Shown: positions 8,300 to 15,433 of the stretch, piece by piece
How the letters are laid out: the number at the start of each line of letters is the position of its first letter
Position numbering within the stretch: the first letter of the stretch is position 1
From: a virus
Lineage: Duplodnaviria; Heunggongvirae; Uroviricota; Caudoviricetes
IMG/VR virus record: IMGVR_UViG_2690316285_000003
Reading direction: 5' to 3' (one strand)
Length of the DNA stretch: 15,433 nucleotides
Made by a program: the position numbers and the translations under genes
The notes under the pieces: model-generated
Seen by the model: the letters and a program-made list of their open reading frames with translations, nothing else
The model's database searches: none
Told to the model about the DNA's origin: nothing

Positions 8300-8701
8300 T
8301 TAATTCGTGTACGTGATCTGGTACGTGATTTCCGCCATCGCCCAGGTGGCCATCTCATTATCACGTTGATAGTTAAAACCGAGTGGGATCAGGGTGTCGA
8401 TGAGTCCGGAAAGTGCCGGTACATCATTCAGGGCCGGGAAAATGGTGCTCTCCATCCACATATCCAGCTCTGAATCCGGTGCCTGTGCCCGGATGAAGAC
8501 AGCAATATGCAGAACAGCCTGCCAGTCATCTTCATCCGTCATTTTTCCGGTGTACTGAGCATCACTCAGCCACACCGCCACGGCAGGCAGTTCCTGCGCA
8601 TCAACAAATGCCGGAAGCCCGTCAAAAAACGTGGCGCTGTCTCCACACTGTTCCCGAAGGCGTGCCAGTACGACCTGGCGGATTTGTGTATGTCGGTTCA
8701 T
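8300..8701 (-). CDS. U: Tail terminator protein U
   Basis: ...ATFFDGLPAFVDAQELPAVAVWLSDAQYTG...DSELDMWMEST...ITYQITY resembles lambda gpU. Start taken as ATG 8701, which overlaps the Z stop (ATGA); ATG 8713 is an alternative. Confidence 0.85.
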   Translation of the reverse strand: MNRHTQIRQVVLARLREQCGDSATFFDGLPAFVDAQELPAVAVWLSDAQYTGKMTDEDDWQAVLHIAVFIRAQAPDSELDMWMESTIFPALNDVPALSGLIDTLIPLGFNYQRDNEMATWAMAEITYQITYTN

Positions 8702-9276
8702 CGGGTCAGCCATAACCTCAGTTGTTGTTTCAGTGCATACCCCAGCTGTTTCGGCATTTCCGCAGCAATGATGCGGTCGCGGGCATCTTCAAATGCCTGT
8801 GTCAGCGGTCCGGACAGAGGGATTTTCACCACATCAATGGGGTAACGATTTTTGCCATCAATACGCCGCATCACATGCCAGCGACCATTCGCCAGTTGCT
8901 GAATAAACGCATCCCGGAAAAGATATTTACCCACCTTCAGCACGCTGCCACGGTACCGCAGTTTTCCACCACGCCGGGTCAGTCTGACCCGGGCGGTCCC
9001 CAGCTTAATGGCAGGCAGATTGCCCCGGTTAACGCGGATCCTGGCCGTCATTTTTCCTGACGGACTGGCTTTAAACACCCGGACACGCTGACGTACCAGT
9101 TTCAGGGGTATCCCTTTCACCTGGTTATCTCCCGCAACGGTATTCCCGGCAACCTGCCGGGTGGCAACCGAGACCGCTTTCTGTGCCACACGGTTTATCG
9201 CCCATGCGCTGGCCTGTGGCACCATACGGGTATCAAGGCTGTTCAGATTGCGGATGGCATTCTCAAGCCCCTTCAT
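8698..9276 (-). CDS. Z: Tail completion protein Z
   Basis: 192-aa ORF, the same length as lambda gpZ. MKGLENAIRNLNSL...NGRWHVMRRIDGKNRYPIDVVKIP...LGYALKQQLR resembles lambda gpZ. AAGAGGTG Shine-Dalgarno sequence upstream. Confidence 0.85.
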   Translation of the reverse strand: MKGLENAIRNLNSLDTRMVPQASAWAINRVAQKAVSVATRQVAGNTVAGDNQVKGIPLKLVRQRVRVFKASPSGKMTARIRVNRGNLPAIKLGTARVRLTRRGGKLRYRGSVLKVGKYLFRDAFIQQLANGRWHVMRRIDGKNRYPIDVVKIPLSGPLTQAFEDARDRIIAAEMPKQLGYALKQQLRLWLTR

Positions 9277-9287
9277 CCCACACCTCT

Positions 9288-9563
9288 TTACTCAATAAAG
9301 ATCATTGGCTTACCGTTAAAGCGTTCATGCCGTGTGACCGTCCAATGTTGTCCGTCATAAACAACGCGATCCCCGCGCCGTGGGCGGTATCCCGAAGAAA
9401 ACACCACCAGAGAGACCGCAGGTCCGGACAGAGCATTCAGCTCTGCCAGTGTTTCTCCCGGGATCACAGTCATATCGACATCATTAATCGAGGCTGTCTT
9501 TCCCATCTTTCTGACCGTGATCGCATCCATACGCGCTGCCAGCCGGGAAAAGGGATCAGACAT
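9288..9563 (-). CDS. FII: Head-tail joining protein FII-like
   Basis: 91-aa ORF in the FII position. Weak resemblance to lambda gpFII (RGD..., head-tail connector family). Its start overlaps the stop of the upstream gene by 8 nt. Confidence 0.65.
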   Translation of the reverse strand: MSDPFSRLAARMDAITVRKMGKTASINDVDMTVIPGETLAELNALSGPAVSLVVFSSGYRPRRGDRVVYDGQHWTVTRHERFNGKPMIFIE

Positions 9564-9879
9564 TGAGTTTTACCGGCACTTCTTCTGCACTGGTTCCGGC
9601 ATCTGCCCAGACAACCCCGACCAGCGGATCAGAGCCGCTGTTAGTCAGCTGAACTTTTCCGGACTTCAGATAAACCTTCTTACCCGTTTTCATGTCATCC
9701 GTTTTCAGCTTAGGCAGCATAAACACACCTTCGGTCATGCCGTCGCCTGTTTCACCCTGTTGAATATCGGTCAGCGCCACCGCAAAAATATCACCCACCT
9801 GCACCAGATCTCCGCTGCTGATGGCTGCACTGGCAACAATCGCCACCGTTTTTCCTTCTTCTACAAAATTCTTTGCCAT
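9556..9879 (-). CDS. Small head-associated protein of uncertain function (decoration/cement-like or FI-position protein)
   Basis: 107 aa from ATG 9879, which has GGAGA 5-6 nt upstream; the ORF-track start at 9924 would overlap the upstream hairpins. Sits between the capsid gene and FII. No family confidently recognised. Confidence 0.6.
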   Translation of the reverse strand: MAKNFVEEGKTVAIVASAAISSGDLVQVGDIFAVALTDIQQGETGDGMTEGVFMLPKLKTDDMKTGKKVYLKSGKVQLTNSGSDPLVGVVWADAGTSAEEVPVKLNV

Positions 9880-9892
9880 AACTGTCTCCGCA

Positions 9893-9911
9893 CAGCCCCG
9901 TTCAGGGGCTG
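9893..9911 (-). promoter_or_regulatory. Second intergenic stem-loop (7-bp stem, 5-nt loop) immediately upstream of the small head gene's Shine-Dalgarno sequence
   Basis: Plus-strand CAGCCCC-GTTCA-GGGGCTG. No U-tract follows on the minus strand, so it is more likely an mRNA structure than a terminator. Confidence 0.35.
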
Positions 9912-9922
9912 ATTTCAGGTAC

Positions 9923-9941
9923 AAAAAAAGCCCTTACGGGC
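9923..9941 (-). terminator. Weak terminator-like hairpin about 25 nt downstream of the capsid-fusion stop
   Basis: The minus-strand RNA reads GCCC-GUAA-GGGC followed by UUUUUUU. The stem is only 4 bp (all G-C), so this is marginal. Confidence 0.35.
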
Positions 9942-9965
9942 CATCAGAGTTGTTATCTGCGACGA

Positions 9966-11924
9966 TTACGCCGTACATTTCACCAGACCGCGGTGATCAA
10001 CTGGCGCGACACCAGCGTCAATACGCACTTTCGTTGTCACGCCATCCACACTGAAGCCCTCCATCTGATCAATATATGGCGTATCCACACCGTTGAGATA
10101 AGCCACTTCAATCGTATCGGAGCCTTTGGACGCAGCCAGGTAGAAGGTGGTCTGGCTGTTATCATCAAGACGAGGCTCTGCAATAACGGTCGCAAAATCT
10201 TTCACCGGGTTAATAATACCGGCGTTAATGTCAGCCCCCTTGACACTTGAGGAGCGAATGACCTGGTTAGCAACAGACTCCATCGCCGTCGGTACCAGTA
10301 CGAACGCAGGACGAATATTCAGATGACGCTCACCCTCTTTCTGAACGCGCATCAACTGGCGGGCTTTATCCAGCGATGCCACGTCCATTGCAGCGCTCTC
10401 CAGTACGTTTGCATGTTTCGCTTTATCGAACAGACTTACATTATCTGTGGAGATTTTCGGGTTAGACGTCAGAATGGCATAAACCAGATCGGCAATAGTG
10501 GATTTCGCCGCACGGCCCAGTTTCATCGGGACATCGGTCAGCATATTCAGATCATCATTGATAATGGCCTGACGGGTGATACTGAACAGCTCGCCATAGG
10601 TCGCCAGTGCAATAGTGGCCTGTTTATCTCCGGTGGTGACGTATTTATATTCCGCCCCTTCACGCACCTGACGCAGAGCACTGAAGCCCCCCATACCCAC
10701 ACGATGGGCAATTTTAAAATCAGACAACTGACCTTTCCGCGTCCACTGTTCATAGGTTTCAGGGGCATCTTCCCAGCCCTGCAGAATGGCTTTGTTCGCA
10801 ACATCCAGCAGAATATTACCGAAGTCAGACGTACTGTGTGTGAACGCCGCACCGACCATCTGCATCGGGTTATAACTGGAAACCCCAATACCCCGTTCAG
10901 TCAGTGACATACGGGCATATTCACGCAGGGTCATCCCGTTGTAGACATTATCACGTTCGGTTTTTTCAAATCCGGCACGCGCCATCAGCGCCTGGCGGAT
11001 CCCGTCCCCCACAAAATTACCGTTACCGGCATAAATATGAGCCGGGGTATTTTTATTGGATGGCGTGGACTCGCGCCCCATCTCGTTCAACAGCTTTTCG
11101 CGGGCCTGCTCCAGCGAACATTCAGGATCGGCAAGACACTGAGCCTGCAGCGCCTGATAACGCCCGCCAAACATGGCAAACAGATCATTAATACCGTTTA
11201 CACGCGCTTTTTGCTCTGCCAGGACCTGCGCACGGATGTTGTTTTCATCCACCACGGGTGCTGCTGCCTGCACTGGCGTCCGGGAGGCTGCAGGTTCATC
11301 ATCCTGTACGCGTGGAGCACTGTTGCGTGGCGGAGTAATCATGTTTCGAATGGATTCCGGCATCTTTTTAAATTCCTCTGTACGTTTTGACTGAATACAT
11401 GCCATTGCCTTAACGGCTGGCGTCACCTGATCAGCAAATCCCTGTGCCAGACATTCGGCACCGGACATCCAGGTCTCATCCGCCAGCATGGCAGCAATTT
11501 CATCGGTGGTTTTCCCGGTTTTCTGTGCATAAGCGGGTAACAGAACCGCCTCAACCTTATCGAGCAGGTCGGCATAGGTGCGCATGTCCTCCGCATCACC
11601 GCCCGTAAAGCCAAATGGTTTATGAATCATCATGAAGGTGTTTTCCGGCATAATGACCGGGTTTCCCACCATCGCAATGACCGACGCCATTGACGCCGCC
11701 ACACCGTCGACATAAACGGTAATGGACGCACCATGTGTTTTCAGCGCATTAAAAATGGCGATGCCTTCAAAGACATCGCCACCCGGTGAATTAATATGGA
11801 GATTAATGTGGGTGATATCGCCCAGTGCATTCAGATCACTGATAAACTGCTTCGCTGTAACACCCCAGAAACCAATCTCGTCATAAATATAAATATCCGC
11901 GTCACTCTGGTGACCAGCCTGCAT
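9966..11924 (-). CDS. Tripartite head gene: ClpP-like (S14) prohead protease, scaffold-like linker and major capsid protein fused in one ~652-aa ORF
   Basis: Start ATG 11924 lies 14 nt after the portal stop. The N-terminal ~180 aa carry ClpP motifs HINSPGGDV, GVAASMAS (catalytic Ser codon at 11693-11691) and MIHKP (His codon at 11624-11622). Residues ~190-290 are Q/A/E-rich and helical-looking. The C-terminal ~360 aa are capsid-sized and sit in the major capsid position. Confidence 0.8.
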   Translation of the reverse strand: MQAGHQSDADIYIYDEIGFWGVTAKQFISDLNALGDITHINLHINSPGGDVFEGIAIFNALKTHGASITVYVDGVAASMASVIAMVGNPVIMPENTFMMIHKPFGFTGGDAEDMRTYADLLDKVEAVLLPAYAQKTGKTTDEIAAMLADETWMSGAECLAQGFADQVTPAVKAMACIQSKRTEEFKKMPESIRNMITPPRNSAPRVQDDEPAASRTPVQAAAPVVDENNIRAQVLAEQKARVNGINDLFAMFGGRYQALQAQCLADPECSLEQAREKLLNEMGRESTPSNKNTPAHIYAGNGNFVGDGIRQALMARAGFEKTERDNVYNGMTLREYARMSLTERGIGVSSYNPMQMVGAAFTHSTSDFGNILLDVANKAILQGWEDAPETYEQWTRKGQLSDFKIAHRVGMGGFSALRQVREGAEYKYVTTGDKQATIALATYGELFSITRQAIINDDLNMLTDVPMKLGRAAKSTIADLVYAILTSNPKISTDNVSLFDKAKHANVLESAAMDVASLDKARQLMRVQKEGERHLNIRPAFVLVPTAMESVANQVIRSSSVKGADINAGIINPVKDFATVIAEPRLDDNSQTTFYLAASKGSDTIEVAYLNGVDTPYIDQMEGFSVDGVTTKVRIDAGVAPVDHRGLVKCTA

Positions 11925-11937
11925 CCTGAACCAGGAA

Positions 11938-13446
11938 TTAATCTTCGGACTGGTCGTCGGTGTGCTGCGGCTCCTGTCGTTTCGTTGCGGCACTACTGCC
12001 TCCTTTATCACTGGCCGGATCGGTATCAAATACCAGATCCAACTTGCGGTTTTCATCAATTTCGGCCTTGCGCCGACGTTTGACATCATCCGGATTACGA
12101 CCACCAGCACGTACCCAGTCTGATTCTGTCGCCGCTCCACCACGAATCTGGATTTTCCAGGCCTCAGCCTCCTTAACAGGGTCAATCCACGGCATCACCG
12201 GTCCGGAATACACCGCGGTATACAGTGAAGAACGGTCAAGATCGCGGGGTAGCCTGATAACACCGGATGCCACAGCCTGTTTCAGCCATGCACGATACAT
12301 CGGGCGGGTGACGGCACCAATAAACCAGTCCTGCAGGATCAGGTAGCCATCAGTGGATTCAACCAGCTCCTGACGCTGGGCGCTGTAAGTGCCGTTATAG
12401 TTGCGCGCTGTACTGGAAAAACTCAGACGACTGCCCGCCGCCACGGCACGCAACTGACCATTACGAAAAGTTTCAAGGTTAGGATTGGGGCGATCCGACT
12501 TCACCATTCCGATTTCTTCGCCGGGTTTCAGATCGTCGTAAATAATGCCTGGCTGAATGGTAAGCTCGCGTTCCTTATCCTTGCTGCCATTACCATCCGG
12601 TTCATAGCTCTGCCCGTCGCCTTTGCGGATGTACATCCCCAGAGCAGCGGCGATCCTTGCTGCAGTCAGCTCATAATCTTCATAATCTTTCAGGGCACTG
12701 AGGCGGATCAGCACACCGGACAACAAAGACGTCCCGCGCATCTGGTGCAGACGGCGAACAAATTTAAGATGCAGCATTCGCTCTGCATCCACTTCTTTGG
12801 TTTCCATCTGCCGTCCGGATACGGGACGGCTTTTATACACCAGATATTTTTCGGGACGCCCCCAGTCATCAACAAACACGCCCTGATTCAGCCTGTTGCT
12901 CTCATCACTGGTCATGGGAATAAAGTCTGGCTCGAGCGCCTCCAGCCAGAAATGAACACCGGCAGAAGGCGTCAGGCTGTTTATGCGCCCGGAAACCATC
13001 TGGGCAAACACCTCACCATCGCGCAGCCAGGTACGCAGCATCAGACGTTCCAGCATCGGACGGGTAAACTGCCCGGTGACTTCCGGGCTGACAGACCATT
13101 CACTCCATCGGGTGCGAATCTCCGCTGCCAGATCACGGGCAATGGCCCCATTGCGTAATACCGGATGTGGCTCGACAATAATCCCGTTTTTCCCCACCAC
13201 CCGTTCTTCCAGCTTGTCAAATACACCAATAACCAGATCGTGGTTGTTATCAAGGTAACGGGCCTGCTCACGTAACGACACGGCCCCGTACTGGCTTAGC
13301 TGGTCGGCAGTTCGGTTCTCCCGTCGGGCTTTGTGTGTCCGCGTCGTTTTTACGGCTTTATAAGCCTGGATCACCGCACGGGAACGCAGCCTTGCCGCTT
13401 TCCATCCAGGTGAAAAAACGCCAATCACATCATCAAGAATTGCCAT
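11938..13446 (-). CDS. Portal protein
   Basis: 502 aa from ATG 13446, which shares one base with the W stop (TGATG) and has GAGG upstream. Size and position between gpW and the protease/capsid gene fit a portal; the ORF-track extension to 13518 overlaps W and is rejected. Confidence 0.8.
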   Translation of the reverse strand: MAILDDVIGVFSPGWKAARLRSRAVIQAYKAVKTTRTHKARRENRTADQLSQYGAVSLREQARYLDNNHDLVIGVFDKLEERVVGKNGIIVEPHPVLRNGAIARDLAAEIRTRWSEWSVSPEVTGQFTRPMLERLMLRTWLRDGEVFAQMVSGRINSLTPSAGVHFWLEALEPDFIPMTSDESNRLNQGVFVDDWGRPEKYLVYKSRPVSGRQMETKEVDAERMLHLKFVRRLHQMRGTSLLSGVLIRLSALKDYEDYELTAARIAAALGMYIRKGDGQSYEPDGNGSKDKERELTIQPGIIYDDLKPGEEIGMVKSDRPNPNLETFRNGQLRAVAAGSRLSFSSTARNYNGTYSAQRQELVESTDGYLILQDWFIGAVTRPMYRAWLKQAVASGVIRLPRDLDRSSLYTAVYSGPVMPWIDPVKEAEAWKIQIRGGAATESDWVRAGGRNPDDVKRRRKAEIDENRKLDLVFDTDPASDKGGSSAATKRQEPQHTDDQSED

Positions 13447-13658
13447 CAGAACCTCGCCAGCCGGTACCCGGGATGCCCCCGTCGTCGTGTAATCAGAGCC
13501 GCAAGGCGGCGCTCCCACTCCTGCCGTCCCTGCCGGATCTCAGATAAGTTTTCCATGGTCATCTGCTGACCATTAAAGGTGACGGATTTTCCGTCCAGCA
13601 CCGCCATTTCAGCTTCCATATAACGCTGAATCATGGCTTCGATATCATTCTGGTTCAT
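13446..13658 (-). CDS. W: Head-tail joining protein, gpW-like
   Basis: About 70 aa. The C-terminus ...LAALITRRRGHPGY resembles lambda gpW (...RRRGPAGF...). ATG 13658 has GGAGG 6 nt upstream and overlaps the terminase stop (ATGA). Confidence 0.75.
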   Translation of the reverse strand: MNQNDIEAMIQRYMEAEMAVLDGKSVTFNGQQMTMENLSEIRQGRQEWERRLAALITRRRGHPGYRLARF

Positions 13659-15433
13659 AACCATCCTCCGGAAGTCAGCCAGGGGTTAACATCGTCAGTT
13701 ACTGTTTTCTTCCGTTTTTGTTTTTTAACAGGCGTGGATACCGGTTCCGGTGAGGATGACGGTTCGGTACTGTCCTGGACACACTCCAGCCAGGTTTCCC
13801 GGCTCGCCCACTCCGGTGCATCCGGCCAGCGGATCTTTTCGTATCCATGCAGAATGACCAGCGCCTCGGCATACACCATCAGGTCAAAAGCTTCGTTGGC
13901 ACCGCGACCCGGCTTACTCCATTTCCCGTCACTGCTCCGCTCTTCATACGTCAGTTCGTCGTAAAACCAGCTCCCCAGCCAGTCAGGGAAATGCACATAG
14001 CCGGGACCTGGCGAGTCACGCCATAACGCGTTATTCACCCGGTCTTTCAGTGCATCCGTCTGAAGAAGCCAGAGCGGCACATCACCTGCGGCCTGCGCCC
14101 GTCGGCCCGTTCGTCCGGTGTTATCAGGGAATGTACGGGTGATCAGTTTTGCGCGCCGGATGCTGTCGCCCTTAAACAGGTAAATACGTTTACCAAGGCC
14201 ATCACGACGGCAACGACGCCAGAATTTATAGGCATTATCAGTGACCCCGTCTTCACCGCCGGAGTCCACCGCCATTGCCATCAGTCGCATTTGTTGAGAA
14301 GGATCGGAGGCCAGCGGCCAGCTTTTATGAAAAACATCCGTCAGCAGGACATCCCAGTCTTCCGGATAGCTGGCCGGATCAATTCGCTGGCTCTCCCCGT
14401 CGCTGTCACCGCGCAATGACTGCGTGATGTTGTAACGATCAATAATCCAGCGTTCGCCACGGCTGCCATAGCCCGTTACCTGAACCACAAAACGGCGATG
14501 ACGTCCCGCCTGCACATCCACTGTCGCCACAAGGAAATTAACGCCATCCGGCACACTGCGGGAAGGAACTGGCTCTGCCCGCTGCTCAAGCAGTTCACTT
14601 TTTCGTTGCTCCATGCTGGCGCGGGGAAGATAAGGTAATCCCCAGTCGGTATTGATAACCGCCCTGAGTGTTTCTTCACTTCCGGTTGTCTCGTATTCCT
14701 GTTCTGCAGTAAGCAGTTTGTAAACGAGTTGCGAGAGTGTCTGGTAAGCAGCTGCCGGACCCTCCATCCAGAATGACGCAATACGTGAGCGTCGGGGATC
14801 ACCATAACGACTGCCATCCGCATTGATGGATTCACCATCCCGCAACCAGACCCCACGTCCGTTCAGCTCACGTTTTTGTTCAGGCATAATCCGTCCTGAA
14901 CAGGAAGGACACTGAATATAAGCCGCCTCACTTGCCAGCACGGGATCGGCAATATCACGGAAACCAGCAACCACATCGCCGCAGGGCTGAAAATACTCAC
15001 CACAGTGTGGACAGGGCCAGTACCAGCGACGGCGATCACCACGGTTATAGAGCGACAGGATCCCCGTGGTTGGTGGAGCCTCATGCGGTGAAGTCCGTCG
15101 CCATTTCACATCCTTCACATCCCTGCCGGGGGAACTCTCCACCAGCGTCATACCGCTGGACATAAATGTGGTGGTACGTTTTGAGGCAAGAGAGAAAGCA
15201 TCCCCCTCGCCATCAATATCTTCCGGAAAACGGTCATAATCCGTCAGCGCGACGCATTTATAATCTGATGAGGACATGATATTGACTGACGGCCAGCCGA
15301 TTTTCAGGTAGTTACCAGCAAGGAATGTTCTGTCATAAACGTTGTTGTCATTTTTGTTCGGACTCAGGCGACTGACCACTTCCGGGCTGACGCGAAACGT
15401 TCTGGCGAGTCGTTTTTTGGAGTGTTCGCGGGC
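13655..15433 (-). CDS. A: Terminase large subunit (lambda gpA-like), 5' end outside the window
   Basis: Frame is open to the window edge; the ORF-track start at 15379 is a GTG and probably not the true start. Motifs WPCPHCGEYF, ...VATVDVQAGRHRRFVVQVTGYG...WIIDRYNI... resemble lambda gpA (ACPHCGEE, ...LTAGIDSQLDRYEMRVWGWG...WLIDRQII...). Confidence 0.85.
   Translation of the reverse strand, partial: AREHSKKRLARTFRVSPEVVSRLSPNKNDNNVYDRTFLAGNYLKIGWPSVNIMSSSDYKCVALTDYDRFPEDIDGEGDAFSLASKRTTTFMSSGMTLVESSPGRDVKDVKWRRTSPHEAPPTTGILSLYNRGDRRRWYWPCPHCGEYFQPCGDVVAGFRDIADPVLASEAAYIQCPSCSGRIMPEQKRELNGRGVWLRDGESINADGSRYGDPRRSRIASFWMEGPAAAYQTLSQLVYKLLTAEQEYETTGSEETLRAVINTDWGLPYLPRASMEQRKSELLEQRAEPVPSRSVPDGVNFLVATVDVQAGRHRRFVVQVTGYGSRGERWIIDRYNITQSLRGDSDGESQRIDPASYPEDWDVLLTDVFHKSWPLASDPSQQMRLMAMAVDSGGEDGVTDNAYKFWRRCRRDGLGKRIYLFKGDSIRRAKLITRTFPDNTGRTGRRAQAAGDVPLWLLQTDALKDRVNNALWRDSPGPGYVHFPDWLGSWFYDELTYEERSSDGKWSKPGRGANEAFDLMVYAEALVILHGYEKIRWPDAPEWASRETWLECVQDSTEPSSSPEPVSTPVKKQKRKKTVTDDVNPWLTSGGWL

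Noticed and set aside
8290-8364. V start at 8364 (extra 25 residues MIMRWPPGRWRK...)
   Set aside because: It overlaps U, and the extension is Arg-rich noise. ATG 8289 has a near-perfect TAAGGAGGTG ribosome-binding site and starts the lambda-V-like sequence.
9556-9924. Start of the small head gene at 9924 (122 aa)
   Set aside because: That start would lie inside the intergenic hairpins and lacks a ribosome-binding site. ATG 9879 has GGAGA at the right spacing.
10323-11394. Plus-strand ORFs (194 aa, 95 aa, 117 aa, 73 aa) opposite the protease/capsid gene
   Set aside because: Embedded antisense in a gene with clear ClpP catalytic motifs. No independent support.
11925-12185. Upstream extension of the protease/capsid ORF to 12185 (739 aa)
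   Set aside because: The extension overlaps the portal 3' end in another frame and translates to an implausible Arg/Val-rich leader. ATG 11924 sits just after the portal stop and begins the conserved ClpP-like sequence.
13447-13518. Upstream extension of the portal ORF to 13518
   Set aside because: It would overlap W by 72 nt with a non-conserved leader. ATG 13446 is coupled to the W stop and has a GAGG upstream.
15377-15379. GTG at 15379 as the terminase start codon
   Set aside because: The frame stays open to the window edge, and the lambda-gpA-like alignment implies at least 50-100 further N-terminal residues. The gene is 5'-truncated by the window.
1-15433. Defence system, toxin-antitoxin, moron or other cargo gene inserted in the structural operon
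   Set aside because: Every intergenic space is 86 nt or shorter and all sizeable ORFs are accounted for by conserved virion genes in canonical order, so there is no room for, or signal of, inserted cargo. No CRISPR repeats, tRNA-like or rRNA-like sequence seen.

Overview
This window is about 15.4 kb of a lambdoid phage or prophage late (virion morphogenesis) operon. All credible genes are on the minus strand, tightly packed and often overlapping at stop/start codons. Order in the direction of transcription (high to low coordinate): terminase large subunit (5' end outside the window), gpW-like head-tail joining protein, portal, a single ~652-aa gene fusing a ClpP-like prohead protease, a scaffold-like linker and the major capsid protein, a small head-associated protein, then lambda-like FII, Z, U, V, G/G-T (with a -1 frameshift site), tape measure H, M, L, K, I and the N-terminal part of J (runs off the window start and is interrupted by a 54-N gap). 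The tail-tip genes M, L, K, I and the J N-terminus look near-identical to phage lambda as I recall it; the head module is not lambda-like and resembles the tripartite capsid gene described for Salmonella phage Gifsy-2. The only non-coding stretches of note are three short intergenic regions, each carrying a stem-loop, placed after the capsid gene, after the tail tube gene V, and before J. I found no rRNA, tRNA, CRISPR, integrase, transposase, toxin or defence cargo, and no support for a previously undescribed system: this is a conserved structural module whose most unusual element is the fused head gene. All homology statements rest on reading the translations against remembered protein families and must be confirmed by alignment.
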